DNA from: Mobula hypostoma
Taxonomy: Eukaryota
Direction: 5' to 3'
Assembly: GCF_963921235.1 (NCBI RefSeq)
Contig: NC_086108.1
Location: forward strand, 64,544,001-64,608,000
DNA length: 64,000 bases
A program made the position numbers and the translations under genes. Below the pieces are notes generated by a model. It did not search any database, had not been told where the DNA came from, and saw only the letters and a list, made by a program, of their open reading frames with translations. Below, piece by piece: positions 49,967 to 62,670 of this stretch (positions are counted from its first letter, which is position 1; each line of letters starts with the position of its first letter).

Positions 49967-52900
49967 CGTAGTGTATTCAATATTACAGTAGTATTTTGAT
50001 TAGGTGTTCTTTGTTTACATAATTCATTGAGTTTTATGTAACATATATGTGAATGGCATATGTCATTAAGCTGCCATGTCATATGTGTGCACATCACTGG
50101 ATGAAAACTAAGCAGCCAAAACATATTCCAGGTTCCAGTGGGGTTTTTTTTCCAATATGTGTTTGGAGTTACAAAGTGTAACAGTGCCAACAAGGAAATT
50201 TTAAAATGATCCTGAGACAACTACCTATTTGTTGAAACTCAGCATGTTTTAATTTGTAAATGGAGAGTTTTAATAAAAAGGGCAGGATATGTTTCTTTAG
50301 AAGGGAGGAGAAATGGTCAAGTTAAAAAGAAAAGGCAGAAAATGGACAAAATTCAGCGGTAATAATAAATAAATACAGATATGTCTCTCTACATTGGAAA
50401 GATAGACTTGTTTGATTGCACAACAGTTCACTGGATGAATTATACTGAATGAATTGAGCAGTATTTTGAAGCAAATTAAATTACCAACGAGAAATGAGTG
50501 CCTGTGTTAGTGAGTGCAATAGGTGGAAAACTATACAGTCTGCTCAGAAATTTAACTGCTCCAACCAAACCAGCTGAAATGAGCTTTGCTGATATAGCAA
50601 ACAGAATTCAGAATCATTTAGAACTGAAACCATTGTTGATTGCAGAACATTTTAAGTTTCATAAGCAGAATCAAAAGGAAGGAGAGTCCATTTAAGCTTA
50701 CCATAAGACCATAGTTATAGGAGTAGAATTAGGCCATTTAGCCCATCGAGTCTGCTCTGCCTTTTCATCAAGGTTGATCTAATTTTCTTCTCAGCCCAAT
50801 CTTCTGCCTTCTCCTCCTAATCCTTCATGCCCTGACCAATCAAGAGTCTATCAAACATTGCTTTAAATATATACATAGACTTGACCTCCACAGCTGCCTT
50901 ATGTGGCTGAATTGAGGAAATTAACAGCATTGTCAGTTCAGTGATGGGCTTAATGATGCACTGAGAGATTGTTTCACTTGTGGAATTTTACAAGAAAGCA
51001 TTCAAAAATGGCTCCCAACTGAAGCAGAAATCACATTTAAAAGAGCAGTTGAAATTACTGTGTCAATGGAAACTGCAGTGAAAGGCACCAGTGTGTTGCA
51101 GTCAGGAAGGAATGTGAGTGTGAACAAAATTGCAAAGTCTGAACAGAAACCTGCCTGGCCAAGCAAAATGTGTCACCGCTGTGGCAGAGGCTCACATGCA
51201 TTAGACCAGTGCAGGTTTAAAAACGAAACTTGCAGAAAATGCTACAAAGTGGGACTCATCCAAAGAGCATGTCGGGTAGACAAAAATAAATGGACTGCAC
51301 AGGGAAGAGAAAAAGATTTTGAAAAAAAGTTAAGTTGTAGTTTCAAAATGAGCACTGATCTGCATGCTATTTGATGAAAAATCAGAGAGTGACACAGGAT
51401 TGTATCGCCTTGAGATTTACAAAGTGAAAACAAACAAGAAACTGACAATATGGCTTTACCAGAAATGAACAGCAAATTAATTAAAATGGAACTGGACCCT
51501 AGCTTGGCTGTTTCAATCATCCCACAAAAGTGAGTTTGAACAACATTTCAAAGATACTGAACTGAAGCCTGCAGATATTCAACTAAGAACTCAAACTGGA
51601 GAAAAAATAACTCCTGTGGGAATGACTTGTAACAGTGAAATACAACAGCAAACAATCAACATTGGGCTTGTAGGTGGTAAAAACAAGCGGAGCAGCATTG
51701 TGGGGTTTGTTGTTTGTGGGGTCATGATTGGCTAAAACAACTACAAATTATTTGGAGATCCATCCACCATTTCACGCCACATCCCCCTGCAATAGGGTCA
51801 ACTGGAAGCAAATTAAGAAAGGTACTGGATAGTGACGCAACAGTGTTCAAGGGTGGCATTTGAAAACTCAAACATTTTTAAGGATAAAATCGTATTAACT
51901 GAAAATGCCACACCCAAGTTTTACAAAGCCCATTCAGTTCTTTATACTTGCTGTGTTAAAGTAGCTACTGAACTAGATCACATGGAGGCTGAATGGAGCC
52001 CATGGACAACACCTGTGGTCCTAGTAGCCAAGACGGATGTGTCTGTCAGAATATGTGGTGATTTTAAGGTCACCATCAACCCAGTATTGAAAGTAGATCA
52101 ATATCCTCTGCCAAAGGGAATACCTTTGCAAACCTTTCTGGAGCGGACCACTGAGGCTTACCAACAGATGGAGATGGAAGAAGAGTCCAAAGTGTTTCTC
52201 ACCATAAACACTCACAAAGGGTGTTCTTGTTTTAATAAGCTTATTTTTGGAGTCCCATCTGCACTTTGTTAGAAAGCTATGGATGAGGTGCTGCAAGGCT
52301 GCCTGAGTGTTATCTGGATAACAACACTTAACAGTGAGGATGACAAGGAACATCTCCAAAACCTCAAGACAGTGTTAAACAGATTAAAAGATTCTGGACT
52401 CCGCAACAAGAGTGAATTCTTTAATCCAAGCATCACTTAATGTAGTAACACCATTGACACACAAGATTTAAACGAGTGTGCTGAGAAAATTCAAGCAGTG
52501 GTGAAAGCCCCAAGGCCAAAGGATGTGTCACAGTGGCAGGCTTTTTAAGGTTTGTCAATTACTATAACAGGTTTCTGCTGAACTTGGATAACGTGCACCA
52601 TCCCTTGAACTCGTTACTACAGATCGGGAAGAAATGGCAGTGAACAAAGCAGTGTCAGCTGGCTTTCCAAAAGGTAAAGAAAACGATAATGTCAGACACT
52701 GTACTTACACATTATAATCCACATCGTCTGTTGAAGCTTGCCTGTGATGCCTCACTTTATGGTGTAGGTGTAGTCATGTCACATGTGAATGATGGAAGTG
52801 ATCACCACATAGCCTTTGCATTGCGTTCCCTTACAGAGAAAAATTACACTTAGATTTAGAGAGAGGCCTTGAATCTGATTTGCGTTATAAAACTTTTTAA

Positions 52901-54050
52901 CCAATACTTCTCTTGGGAGAGAACTTACCATCATTACTGATCATCAACCACTAGTGTCCATTTTCAATCCACAGAATTGTGTTCCACTAACAGCAATAGC
53001 ACAAATGCAGATATGGACTCTGTTTCTTGGAGGATACAATTACAAAGTTATCAAGAGGATAGCTAATCGTGGAAGTACTGATGGATTGTCTTTTTTGCCC
53101 ATGGAAAAGGAACTACTAGAAAAACTTACAAAAGAGGACACTCCTCTTGATGTATTCTCCCAAATGCAGAGATGATTCAAATGGAAACCAGAAAAGACAA
53201 CATGACAACCCAAAATGGCTGGAATGTGCAGCAGAAATTCCAGTGCTCCCACTTTTACCAGAGCCAGGATGAGCTTACCCTTGATGGAGTTTACCTCGTG
53301 TGGGGATTGAGAATTGTTGTACCATTCAAGCTGACAGCTAAAGTGTTGGAGACACTACATGCCAGTCATCTAGGTGTGATTAAAATTAAATAGTTGGCTC
53401 AAAGCTTTGTCTGGTGGACTGTGATAGATCAACAAATTGAACAACTTGACATGCACTATTTGGGATGCCGACATGTCCAGAGCTGTCAGAACCACTTGCT
53501 GCAGTTCCAGAGTCAACTCCTACATCCACCATGGAGGAGACCCCAGAACCTGAGATTGTTTCACAGCCACAAGTCTCACCTGATGAGCAGAATGACCAAG
53601 ACACCGCCCCCCCCCCCACCTCAGTCAGGAAAGCTATGTACCCACAAGAGTAATAAATCCTCCACAGTGATTAAATCTTTAGGCCTGAATGGGGTATTTT
53701 AAAATTTACTATGTTGTAGATGTCTATGTACTAGTATTCTATAGTATGTAGTGTCTATGAGATGACTGGAGACCAATTATGTTATTCATTTGATTTGAGA
53801 GGCATTTTATGTTGAGTTGATAGCTAAGCAGGGAGGAGTGTAGTGTATTCAATATTTCAGTATTATTTGAGAAATATTGTAAATATATTGTTAAGCATTC
53901 TTTGTTTATTTACATAATTCATTATGGATTATATGTAAGTAGTACTTGAATGCCATACATCATTACACCATCACGTCATATGTGCGTGCCTTACTAAAGG
54001 AAAAACTACCTAGACAAAACATATTTTGGGCTCCCATATTTTAATTCTTC
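49967..54050 (+). mobile_element. Decayed Ty3/Gypsy LTR retrotransposon
   Basis: 5' LTR ~49967-50183 and 3' LTR from 53839 (both GTAGTGTATTCAATATT...TTTACATAATTCATT...CAAAACATATT). Degenerate PBS TGCCAACAAGGA at ~50185; PPT AAGCAGGGAGGAG at 53826-53838. Gag knuckles CHRCGRGSH...C and CRKCYKVG, protease MELDP, RT VRICGDFKVTINPVLKVDQYPLP, RNase H LACDASLYGVG, integrase N-terminus LHASHLG. Confidence 0.9.
50701..50897 (-). mobile_element. CR1 3' tail inserted into Gypsy gag
   Basis: Starts CCATAAGACCATAG (the tail microsatellite) and is flanked by CTTA on both sides. Removing it restores gag-like GESI*AYVAELRKL. Confidence 0.8.
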
Positions 54051-54319
54051 CACATCAAGGTATAATGAAAAGCGGAAAAATGACTTTTGCCAGTGTGGCA
54101 ATGTGAGGGTGCTTTTTGTTTTCAAGTAAAGACAGTGTGGATTGGAGCATTACTCCAAGATAAGAGCATATAACATTAGCAAAAACTTCATTGAAGCTAA
54201 GGAACTGTTTCTTGGATAAACTATTAAAATTGACTTTAATGATTACAGTGCTGAAAATCCTATGCCTGCTTAATGAAGAATGTTGTTATTCTCTCAATGT
54301 CCTGATGAACATGCAACCT

Positions 54320-55337
54320 ACTAAAGTTTCTAAAACAGCTTAACTTCCTTTCTCAAAGAAAGGGGCTTCCTTCCCTCCACCATTAATGCTGCCCTCAAAC
54401 ACGTCTTTTGCATTTGATGCTCGTCTGTACTCACCCATCCTCCCACCACTCTACCAGGGATAGTGTTCCTCTTGTCCTCAACTACCACCACACCAGCCTC
54501 CATGTTCAGCACACAATTCTCTGAAAATTCCACCACCTCTAACAGGATCACACCACCAAGCACATCATATCTTTTCTGCAGGAATCGCTCCCTATGCGAC
54601 TCCCTTGTCAATTTGTCTTTTCCCATTGATCTCCCTCCTGGCACTTGTCCTTGTAAGCGTAACAAGTGCTACACCTGCCCTGCATGTCCTCCCCCAGGAC
54701 CATTCAGAGCCCCAAACAGTCCTTCCAGGTGAGTCTCTTCAATGGATCATCTACTGTATCTGGTGCTCCCGATCTAGATTGGGAGACCGCTTCACCAAGC
54801 ACATACACTCCATCCACCAGAAAAAAGTGGAATCTCCCAGTGGGCACCCATTTTAATTCGACTTTCCATTGCTATTCCAACATGTCCATCCATGGCCTCC
54901 TCCACTGTCGCAATGAGGCCACATTCAGGTTGGAGGAACACCTTATATTCTGTCTGGGTAGCTTCCAATCTGGTCGCATAAACGTTGATTTCTCTACCTT
55001 CTGGAAATGCCCTCCCACTCACCATTCCCCATCCCCTTTCCCCTCTCTCACCTTACCTCCTTGCCTGCCTCTGGTGCTCCTTCCCCTTTTCTTTCTTCCA
55101 TGGCTTTCTGTCCTCTCCTATTAGATTCTCTCTTCTCCAGCACTTTATCCCTTTCACCAAACAACTTCTCAACTCTTTACTTCAACCCTTCCCCCTCCTG
55201 GTTTCACCTATCATTTTGTGTTTCTCCCGCCCCTCCACCACTCTTTTCCATAGAAGCTGCCTGGCCTGCTGAATTCCTCCAGCATTTTGTGTGTGTTGCT
55301 TGGATTTTCAGCATCTGCAGATTTTCTCTTGTTTGTA
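54320..55337 (+). mobile_element. Penelope-like element fragment (RT C-terminus, linker, GIY-YIG remnant, 3' terminus)
   Basis: RNRSLCDSLV...PGTCPCKRNKCYTCP linker, IIYCIWCSR-[YIG segment deleted]-RLGDRFTKH, VGTHFNS...RLEEHLIFCLGSFQSGRINVDFS, then a pyrimidine tract and terminal repeat. Confidence 0.85.
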
Positions 55338-55452
55338 ACTATTCATTCATTTTGTTTGTGAATTGCAAGATCTCATTGTTCAGAATTCTACCTCAAACTG
55401 GTGACTAAGGTACAAAATATTTTATTTCAATAATGGCAGCATCATTAAAATA

Positions 55453-55519
55453 CAGTATTGTGCAAAAGTCTTGGGTGCATGTATATAGCTAGGGTGCCTA
55501 AGCCTTCTGCACATTACTG
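55453..55519. mobile_element. 67-bp Tc1-type MITE
   Basis: TIRs CAGTATTGTGCAAAAGTCTTGGG / CCTAAGCCTTCTGCACATTACTG, with TA on both flanks. Confidence 0.8.
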
Positions 55520-55909
55520 TAGTAATGTTATGTATTGTACTATATTGCTGCCACAAAGAAGAAAATAAATTTCATGATGTGTGAGTGATGATAAGCTTGA
55601 TTTTGATATGGGTCTCTATTTGGACTGAGAGTGGGAAGGGCACAGGGAGAGGAAAATCATGGTTGGGAAAAGGGGAAGGGAGAGGGGAGGAAGCATGAAG
55701 CACCAGAGAGACATTCTGTAATGATCAACAAAGCAATTGTTTGGAATCAAATTACATTGCCTTGTGTCTCAGAGCTGGGTGTGTCTGAACCCACCCAGCA
55801 CTTCACTGCCACCTATCCCACCCCCCTCCAGTGGCATTCTAACCTCACCATTGCCAACATCCTTTGCTCCTGACAGATTTACGAACTCACTCTTTGCTGC
55901 ACATTGACA

Positions 55910-56063
55910 CAGTACTGTGCAAAAGCCTTGGGCACCCTATATATATGTGTATGTGTGTGTATATGTATATATGTATGTATGTATGTGTATGTGTGTGTGT
56001 ATATATAATGTGTGTGTGTGTGTATATATATATATACACGCCTGAGACTTTAGCACAGTACTG
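55910..56063. mobile_element. Second copy of the Tc1-type MITE with an expanded (TA/TG)n core
   Basis: TIRs CAGTACTGTGCAAAAGCCTTGGGC / GCCTGAGACTTTAGCACAGTACTG surround the microsatellite at 55938-56036. Confidence 0.8.
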
Positions 56064-57552
56064 CAACTGCAGTAGATTCTCAGAGATACATGTTGGAAAT
56101 AGTCTGAACTCACAGTTGCCCCCAGTCTGCTGTGATTCAAGAAATAGAGGCAGACTGAATCTGCAGGTTGAGGAGGGACAAAAAGTTTAATTTTTGATGG
56201 GAAGTGTATAGTGATTATTAACTCCTTTGTGATCAGTTATATTTGATTTTGTTAAGAGGGTGCTTCGGTACATCCAGAATAGTGCCTGGTAATGCTTTAT
56301 GATGTAGATTCTGTTCTTGGACACATCCAACTGAATTTCTCAATTGCTTGGAATAACCTCACCAACTTGTACAGCTGTTCTGATGTTGTTTTGTGGGGCT
56401 ACAAAAAAAAGAATATAGCCCACACCCTCCCTCACTCTCATTGCTTTTACGTAGTGGGGGTTCATGTTCTTTTAAATGGTTCAAAATTATAAATTCCAAC
56501 CCAGATTCCAGTTTTCCTTGCAGCCAGAATTTCAGAATCCTGGGATGTGATTTTTTGGGTTTGATGACTTCTTGTTATGAAGCCAGTGGTCATCCTGCTT
56601 AGCAGGTTTTCAGTACAGAGTCAAACCATTCATATGCTGGATCTTCCTTTTTCCTAGTGCGTAAGATGTAGCAAGAATATTATGGCTTCTTGCATATTCT
56701 TTTAATAAAGTGGTAGGGATCCTGTACACAGGCATTTTCCAAACTTCCTTGTAGGTCCCAAAAGTTAAATGAAGCAATTAATATGTTTGACGTGTCAGTT
56801 ATTTGAAAAAAATTGTTGGCTTCCAGTCATGTTTCAAGATGACAGATTTTTAACAGTTGTCTCTATGCATGTTGTACATTAGTTTAAAAAAAACAGTTTT
56901 CTTTAGGGAAACCTTGATGGAAAGAGCAGGTTAATTAAGAATCCAGTAATCTTGCAGATACTTAAATTTGGCTTAACCCCAAAATCAGTCTTTTTAAAAA
57001 TTCCTTGTCCTCATTTAGTTTTGCATTCATTGCTGGTCAGTCTTGATACACAGCATTGAGTGAAAGTTTCCTCATTTGCATATGAATCTCTATTCAACAG
57101 TTAATGTCCATTACAGACAGAACGCTCAATTCTTGTTTTCTGTAAGCCTGTTGTAAAATGTCGGTCTGTCACTTGCAATATAAAAAGGCAAAAATGATGG
57201 CATTTGTAAAAATGTTATCACCTCATAAACACAAATTGTAAAGACATGAAAGCGATCTCTTCCATGCTTTCAGTGGGAGTTAGTACAGCTGCCTTTTTTA
57301 AAAACACAGTTGTCCAGATTCCCACAGCTCACTACCAACAGACCAGTTTACACAAGCATATTTAATTCACAGTTCCCCAAATTAACATTTAATTTGCATA
57401 ATATGTGATGCTCTATACAACTCGGACTTGCTCAGGAATTTAAATCCTTGGCAAATTTCTTCGAAGTGCTCCTGAAACTTCAATAATTAACTTCAAACCA
57501 GTCACGTTTTGTCTTTCCAGATAATATTAACAAATGTTCATCTACTTAATGA

Positions 57553-59520
57553 TTTTATTATTATTATTCATTTTTTTCTCAGCTCTAGCTGGTAAGACTG
57601 GAGGTGCGGGCATAGCCAAGCATGCACATTTCTCTATTGCTACGAACTTTTGGACTATTCTAGTGGTGTTTAGTATTGTGGCTTTCTGGAGATTTACATA
57701 AATATTGTTGTGTAGGTCTAATTGCTTAATACTATTGTGCAGTGTGCTTGGGATGATACAGGTTGTAGACTGGGTCAATGTAGACCCTGTTCATTTCCAT
57801 GGTCTTTCAATTCAGCATTTTTCTGGTGTTTTTCACATGATTTAGTATCATAGAAAAGGACAGCACAGAAACAGGCCTTTTGACCATCTACTCTGTGCCG
57901 AACCATTTTAAGTGTCTGCTTCTATTGACCCAGACCTGGACCATAGCCCTTCATACCCCTACCATCCATGTACCTATCCAAACTTCTCTTAAACATTGAA
58001 TCGAGCTTGCTTACACCACTTTTCTGTTATTCCTCTTCCTCATTTGGTCCTAGGTTGTGTTAATCCAAGTGCATTGGAGTGTACCTAGTGTTTTCTAGAA
58101 TTTGTCATTTCAGTTCTTATCTTTCTTTGTAAAATTTTCAGATCAATTTTGGACCAAGATATTATGACAAAAGAATATGTTAATATGGGTATGGCAAAAG
58201 TGTTTATTGCCTTTGTTATATTTTCACTATTGAGCTTTGGCAGATTTTCTTAAGCCTTGAAGTAAATTCTGTTGAATTTTCCCTTTATCATATCTTTATG
58301 ATCTATTTTCTTTGCTTTTTGATATCCCAGATACTTATATGTTTCATATTCATCCATCGGTGGTATTGTATCCTGCTGCTCTGTTTTACATCCTACTAGC
58401 TGTTTTGCACCTTTCTTTATGTTTAATGTTCTATACTTATCTAGTCCAAAGTTCATGTTTATATCTTAAGAAAATAGTTCTACTCCTTGAATTAATTGCT
58501 TTAGCTTTACTGAAGAAGAAGTGTATAATTTCAAATCATTCACATATAAAAGCTGTGTCAAGTTATAAATCATTTGGTTGTCTCTGATTTGATACCCTAT
58601 TTTCATTTGATTCAGTAATCTAGAGAGTAGTTTTAAAGTAGACAAAACCATAGTGGACAGAGTGCTGCCTTGGAAAATGCCTCAGCTTGTTTTGATAACT
58701 GCGGTTGTTCTTTTTAAATTGTTAATAGATAGAATGATTATAGTATGCCATCAGATGTTGTAGGAATTTAACAAGTATTCAGTGTAGTTTATTTATGTTA
58801 AGAGCTTCTATTAACATGAGTGTGGGACAGAATCAAATACTTTCTGGTAGTCAATATAACAACATGAAAGATTTCTGCTTTTCTGCCAGGTTTGATTTAG
58901 AATTACAAAATCTGCTATCAGTTGTTCTTTACACACTTTCATACCCTTCCAGCATCCTTCCTGCTCTTCTGTAAGTATATTGTAGTTATTTAAATGAGTG
59001 GTAATTAGTTGTGAGATGCATGATGTTACATTTTTATATATAGTTTGTGAACGAGTAATAGGACGATATTTTGATGGGTCATTTGTAATTTTTTCCTGTA
59101 GGTAAGAGATGTGTTTTACCTGCTGTCAAAAATTTGGGCACTTTTTCAGGATTTTTAAGAAAATTGTTGCTATGTATTAATAAGTATGGATGAAGGCAAG
59201 TAAAGTTTAATACCAATAATGATGAATATTATCACTGCCAGTACTTTTCCAGTTGTGGCTATTTTTCATAACCACTTTTAGCAAATCCATTGTAACTTCA
59301 GGTGTTTACATGTATTCGATGGTGTGAATGTGTTTCTTTCATCCCTAATCCAGCTTCCTTCTTGATTGTACATTGTCCTGTTTGACCAGATATTAGACCA
59401 AAAAGTTAATTTTCTCAGTGTATGTTGGTAATTCTGTGCTAGGGTTGGTGACATTTTGGTGCATCAAATTTAGTTTCAATGTCCTGTATAAATCTTTTCC
59501 ATTGTTCTTGAACTGATAAT
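57553..59520 (-). mobile_element. RLE-type non-LTR retrotransposon (R4/Dong/Rex6-like), copy A, degraded
   Basis: Minus-strand motifs PSKYRPIT, CYIDYQKVFDSVPHS, GIFQG, LLYVNDLKLY and MNFGLDKYRTL; C-terminus LQKATILNTTRIVQKF; (AAT)n tail. Confidence 0.8.
57845..58021 (-). mobile_element. CR1 3' tail inside R4-like copy A
   Basis: CAGCACAGAAACAGGCC...CCATAGCCCT...TCCATGTACCTATCCAA matches 42700-42860. Confidence 0.8.
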
Positions 59521-60950
59521 TATGTTGTTGTTGTTGTTGTTGTTGTTATTATTATTATTGTATTCTTGCTTTATCTCAGCTCAAACTGGTAAACCCTGAG
59601 GTATGGTCATAGCCAAGCACACTCATTTCTCAGTTGCTACAAACTCTCAGACTATTCTATTGGTGTTTAGTATTGTGGCTTTCTGGAGATTTACATAAAT
59701 CTTGCTGTGTAGGGCTAATTGTTTAATCCTATTGTATAGTGACTTTGGGATGATACCAGTTGTAGATATTGCTATTAGGACAATGTATACCCTATTCATG
59801 TTCCATTGTTTTTCAATTTCTTCTTTTAATTCAGCATACTTCTGGTGTTTTTCACGTACTGATTCCAGTATGTTATGTGTGTTTGGAATGGTTATATCTG
59901 TTAAGTAAGTTATTCTTGCTTGTTTATCCTGTATTATTGTATCTGGACGGTTGTTGTGGATTGTCCTATCTGTAATAACAAATTGGTCGTAATATAATTT
60001 GTGGGACTCTGACTCTAAAACTGGATCAGGCTTGTATTTGTAATAAGGTATGGTTTCTATTATGAGCTTGTATTTTGAGGCAATATTTTGTTGAATGATG
60101 TTTGCAACTTGATTGTACCTGTGTAAGTAATCAGATTGAGTTAAACTGCCTCAGCATCCTGTAATGTGTTGAATTGTTTCTGGTTTCTCCTGGCATTTTC
60201 TGCATTCATCGTCCTGAATTTGTTAGTCTTTTGTATGTATTTTTGATAATTTTGTGTGTTAAGCACCTGGTCCTAACCATAAGGAATCCTTCTGTTTTGG
60301 GGAAGAGGCCTCCAACTCTGAGCCAGATGTTCAACCTTCTTTGTCGGGCATCTAGTCTGATCAGATCGTGGCGATGTCTTCCATGGAGCATCATGCTCTT
60401 CTAGTAGTTAACCTTCTGTAGTGATAATTTCTTCTACTATCTGAGTTGTGCTTTTATTTCAGTGTAATGGTGTGTACTTTTTATCACAATTGCATATGCT
60501 TGCGTGGAGTGCTGAATCCTCTTTTCATTGATGAAAATATATCCTTAGAAATTTTATCTGAGTGTTGTTTAAATTTTTTATGTCTGCTATTCCTCTTCCT
60601 CCTTCTGTCCTAGATAGTGTTAATCTAAGCGCGTTCTTCTGTACGGAGTGTTTTCTAAAATTTGTCATTTCATTTCTTATTATTTTGTAAGTTCTCCAGA
60701 TCTGTTTCGGATCAAGATATTAAGCCTAAAGAATGTGCTATTATGGGTATAGTGCAAGTGTTTATGGTTTTTATTATTTTTTACCATTGAACTCTGTTGG
60801 CAGATCTCCTTAAGCCTTGAAGTAAATTCTGTTGGAAATTTTCCCTTTATCACACTATGATCTATTTTCTTTGCTTGTTTACATGTTTCATATTCATCTA
60901 TCAGTTGTATGTATCCTGCTGCTCTGTTTTTATTATTTATTATAATCATT
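59521..60950 (-). mobile_element. RLE-type non-LTR retrotransposon (R4/Dong/Rex6-like), copy B, 5'-truncated
   Basis: CCHC knuckle remnant CRKCQEKPETIQHI, DITIPNTHN...EKHQKYAELK restriction-like endonuclease region, and the same 3' UTR as copy A. Has an (AAT)n(AAC)n tail at 59521-59560 and TAA-like repeats at the 5' junction. Confidence 0.8.
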
Positions 60951-61589
60951 AGTACCACTCTTCAAAGTCAAGCTTTAGTTGCTGTAGACGGTTCAAGACA
61001 AATGTGTGCTCAGAAATGTTTGTATATTTTGTACCATTGCTAGTGCCAAATCTGGGTCAAAGGTCGAGCTTTGTAGAAATTTTGTAACTGTTGCTTGGAA
61101 CAGCCTGTCAGGTCTACAAACTAGTTGTTACTGTATGAAGGACTCTATTTAGTTTATGAAAATAAAATGTATTTTCGGAGACATGCCATTCTTCTATCTT
61201 CCCCAAGCCACCCAATTCCACGTGGTTTCCTTCAGTAATCCACTTCGCCATCTGAGAGCTTGCTTGTGTAAACTCTTCTTCAGAAGGAGGGAGTATTAAC
61301 AGCTACATTAGCATATGATGCTGCAGTTCCATAATCATGCAATCACTTGACAGTACACCATCATCAAATCAGATTAAATGTCACATACTGTTAGGTCTGA
61401 AGTGCAGCGTACCACAGGACAACACAGCATTTGAAGAACATACTTTATAAATTAAAGAAAAGCCTCTGTGAGAAGTATTCACAGCAAGATTACCCTGGTA
61501 GCCTTGAGGGTTGGTGCTCCTGTTTTGAAACATTTTGCTTGTTACTCAGACCATTGTTTAAAAATCTCCAAATCTGAGGCATAATGAAC

Positions 61590-62245
61590 AGTATGGAAGA
61601 TGTAGGAACTCAGCAGATCAGCCGGCATATATGGAGGGAAAGGAACATTCAATGTTTCTGGCCAAGACCCTTGATCAGGAATGATGAAGCTGAGCGTTTG
61701 ATGGCTCTGGGCCTGTATTCACCAGATGTCAGAAGAATGAAGGGTGACCTATGGAATGGTGAAATGCTTTAATAGAGTGGATGTGGAAAGGATGTTTCCT
61801 ATGGTGGGAGAACCTAGGTCTAGAGGATACAGCCTCAGAATAGAGGGGCATCCTTTTAGAACAGCGATGAAGAGGAATTTCTTTAGCCAGAGAGTGGTCA
61901 ATCTGTGGAATTTGTTGCCAGTGCAGCGGCAGAGGCAGCGTCTTTATGTATATTTAAGGCAGAGGTTGATCGATTCTTGATTGGTCAAGGCATGAATGGA
62001 TACAGGGAGAAGGCAGGGGATTAGGGCTGAGGGGAAAAGTGGACCAGCCATGATGAAATGGCAGTGCAGACTATATGGGCCAAATGGCCTAATTTTGCTA
62101 CTGTATCTTATGGTCTTACGGAATGATCTTGGCCCAAATGTCAACTGTGCTCTTTCCTCCACGAAAGCTACCTGACCTGCTGAGTTCCTCCTGCATTTTC
62201 TGGGTGTTGCTCAAGATTTCTAGCATCTGCAGAATCTTTTGCATC
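61590..62245. mobile_element. Penelope-derived hairpin element (arms ~61590-61685 and 62120-62245) interrupted by CR1
   Basis: The left arm AGGAACTCAGCAGATCAG is the reverse complement of the right arm CTGACCTGCTGAGTTCCT. Confidence 0.75.
61686..62119 (+). mobile_element. CR1 3' fragment with TSD
   Basis: LGLYSPDVRRMKGDL / RVDVERMFP...RNFFSQRVVNLWN, tail TCTTATGGTCTTA, and an 8-bp TSD GGAATGAT at 61678-61685 and 62120-62127. Confidence 0.88.
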
Positions 62246-62529
62246 AAGGAAGATGTAGCCTTTACCCACCATGTGACTAATAGCAAGCCAGTTACAAAAT
62301 AGTCATTTTAGGAGAATATAACCAGAGTAAGCCATTATTAACCTTCTAGAGCATGTTTCAGGTGATTATTCTGGTTATTTTCTGATCTTAAATGTTTTTA
62401 CAGAATGTCTGACCTGTCAATTGCAGAAGAAGTTTCCAAACTTCTATCACCCTTTGCACCTGGCAATGTTTATGGTGTTCCACATAATTGAATGTCCATG
62501 CTGACTATTCAAAACTAACCCATCTTACC

Positions 62530-62670
62530 AGTAATTTCCTTCAGATCCCCTCAATCTCGTCCCTTACTCTAAACCTATGCCTCTAGTTTTAGACACCTTT
62601 GCTGTAAGGGGTGTTTCCTACCTTTGATACCTCTCATAATTTTATAATGTGGTATATCTTAATCAGGACA
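62530..62670 (-). mobile_element. Old CR1 fragment
   Basis: AAACCTATGCCTCTAGTTTT...CCTCTCATAATTTTATA is similar to 42950-43050. Confidence 0.55.

Noticed and set aside
55864..56190. ORF with CVCVYMY-type repeats
   Set aside because: Translation of a (TG/TA)n microsatellite.
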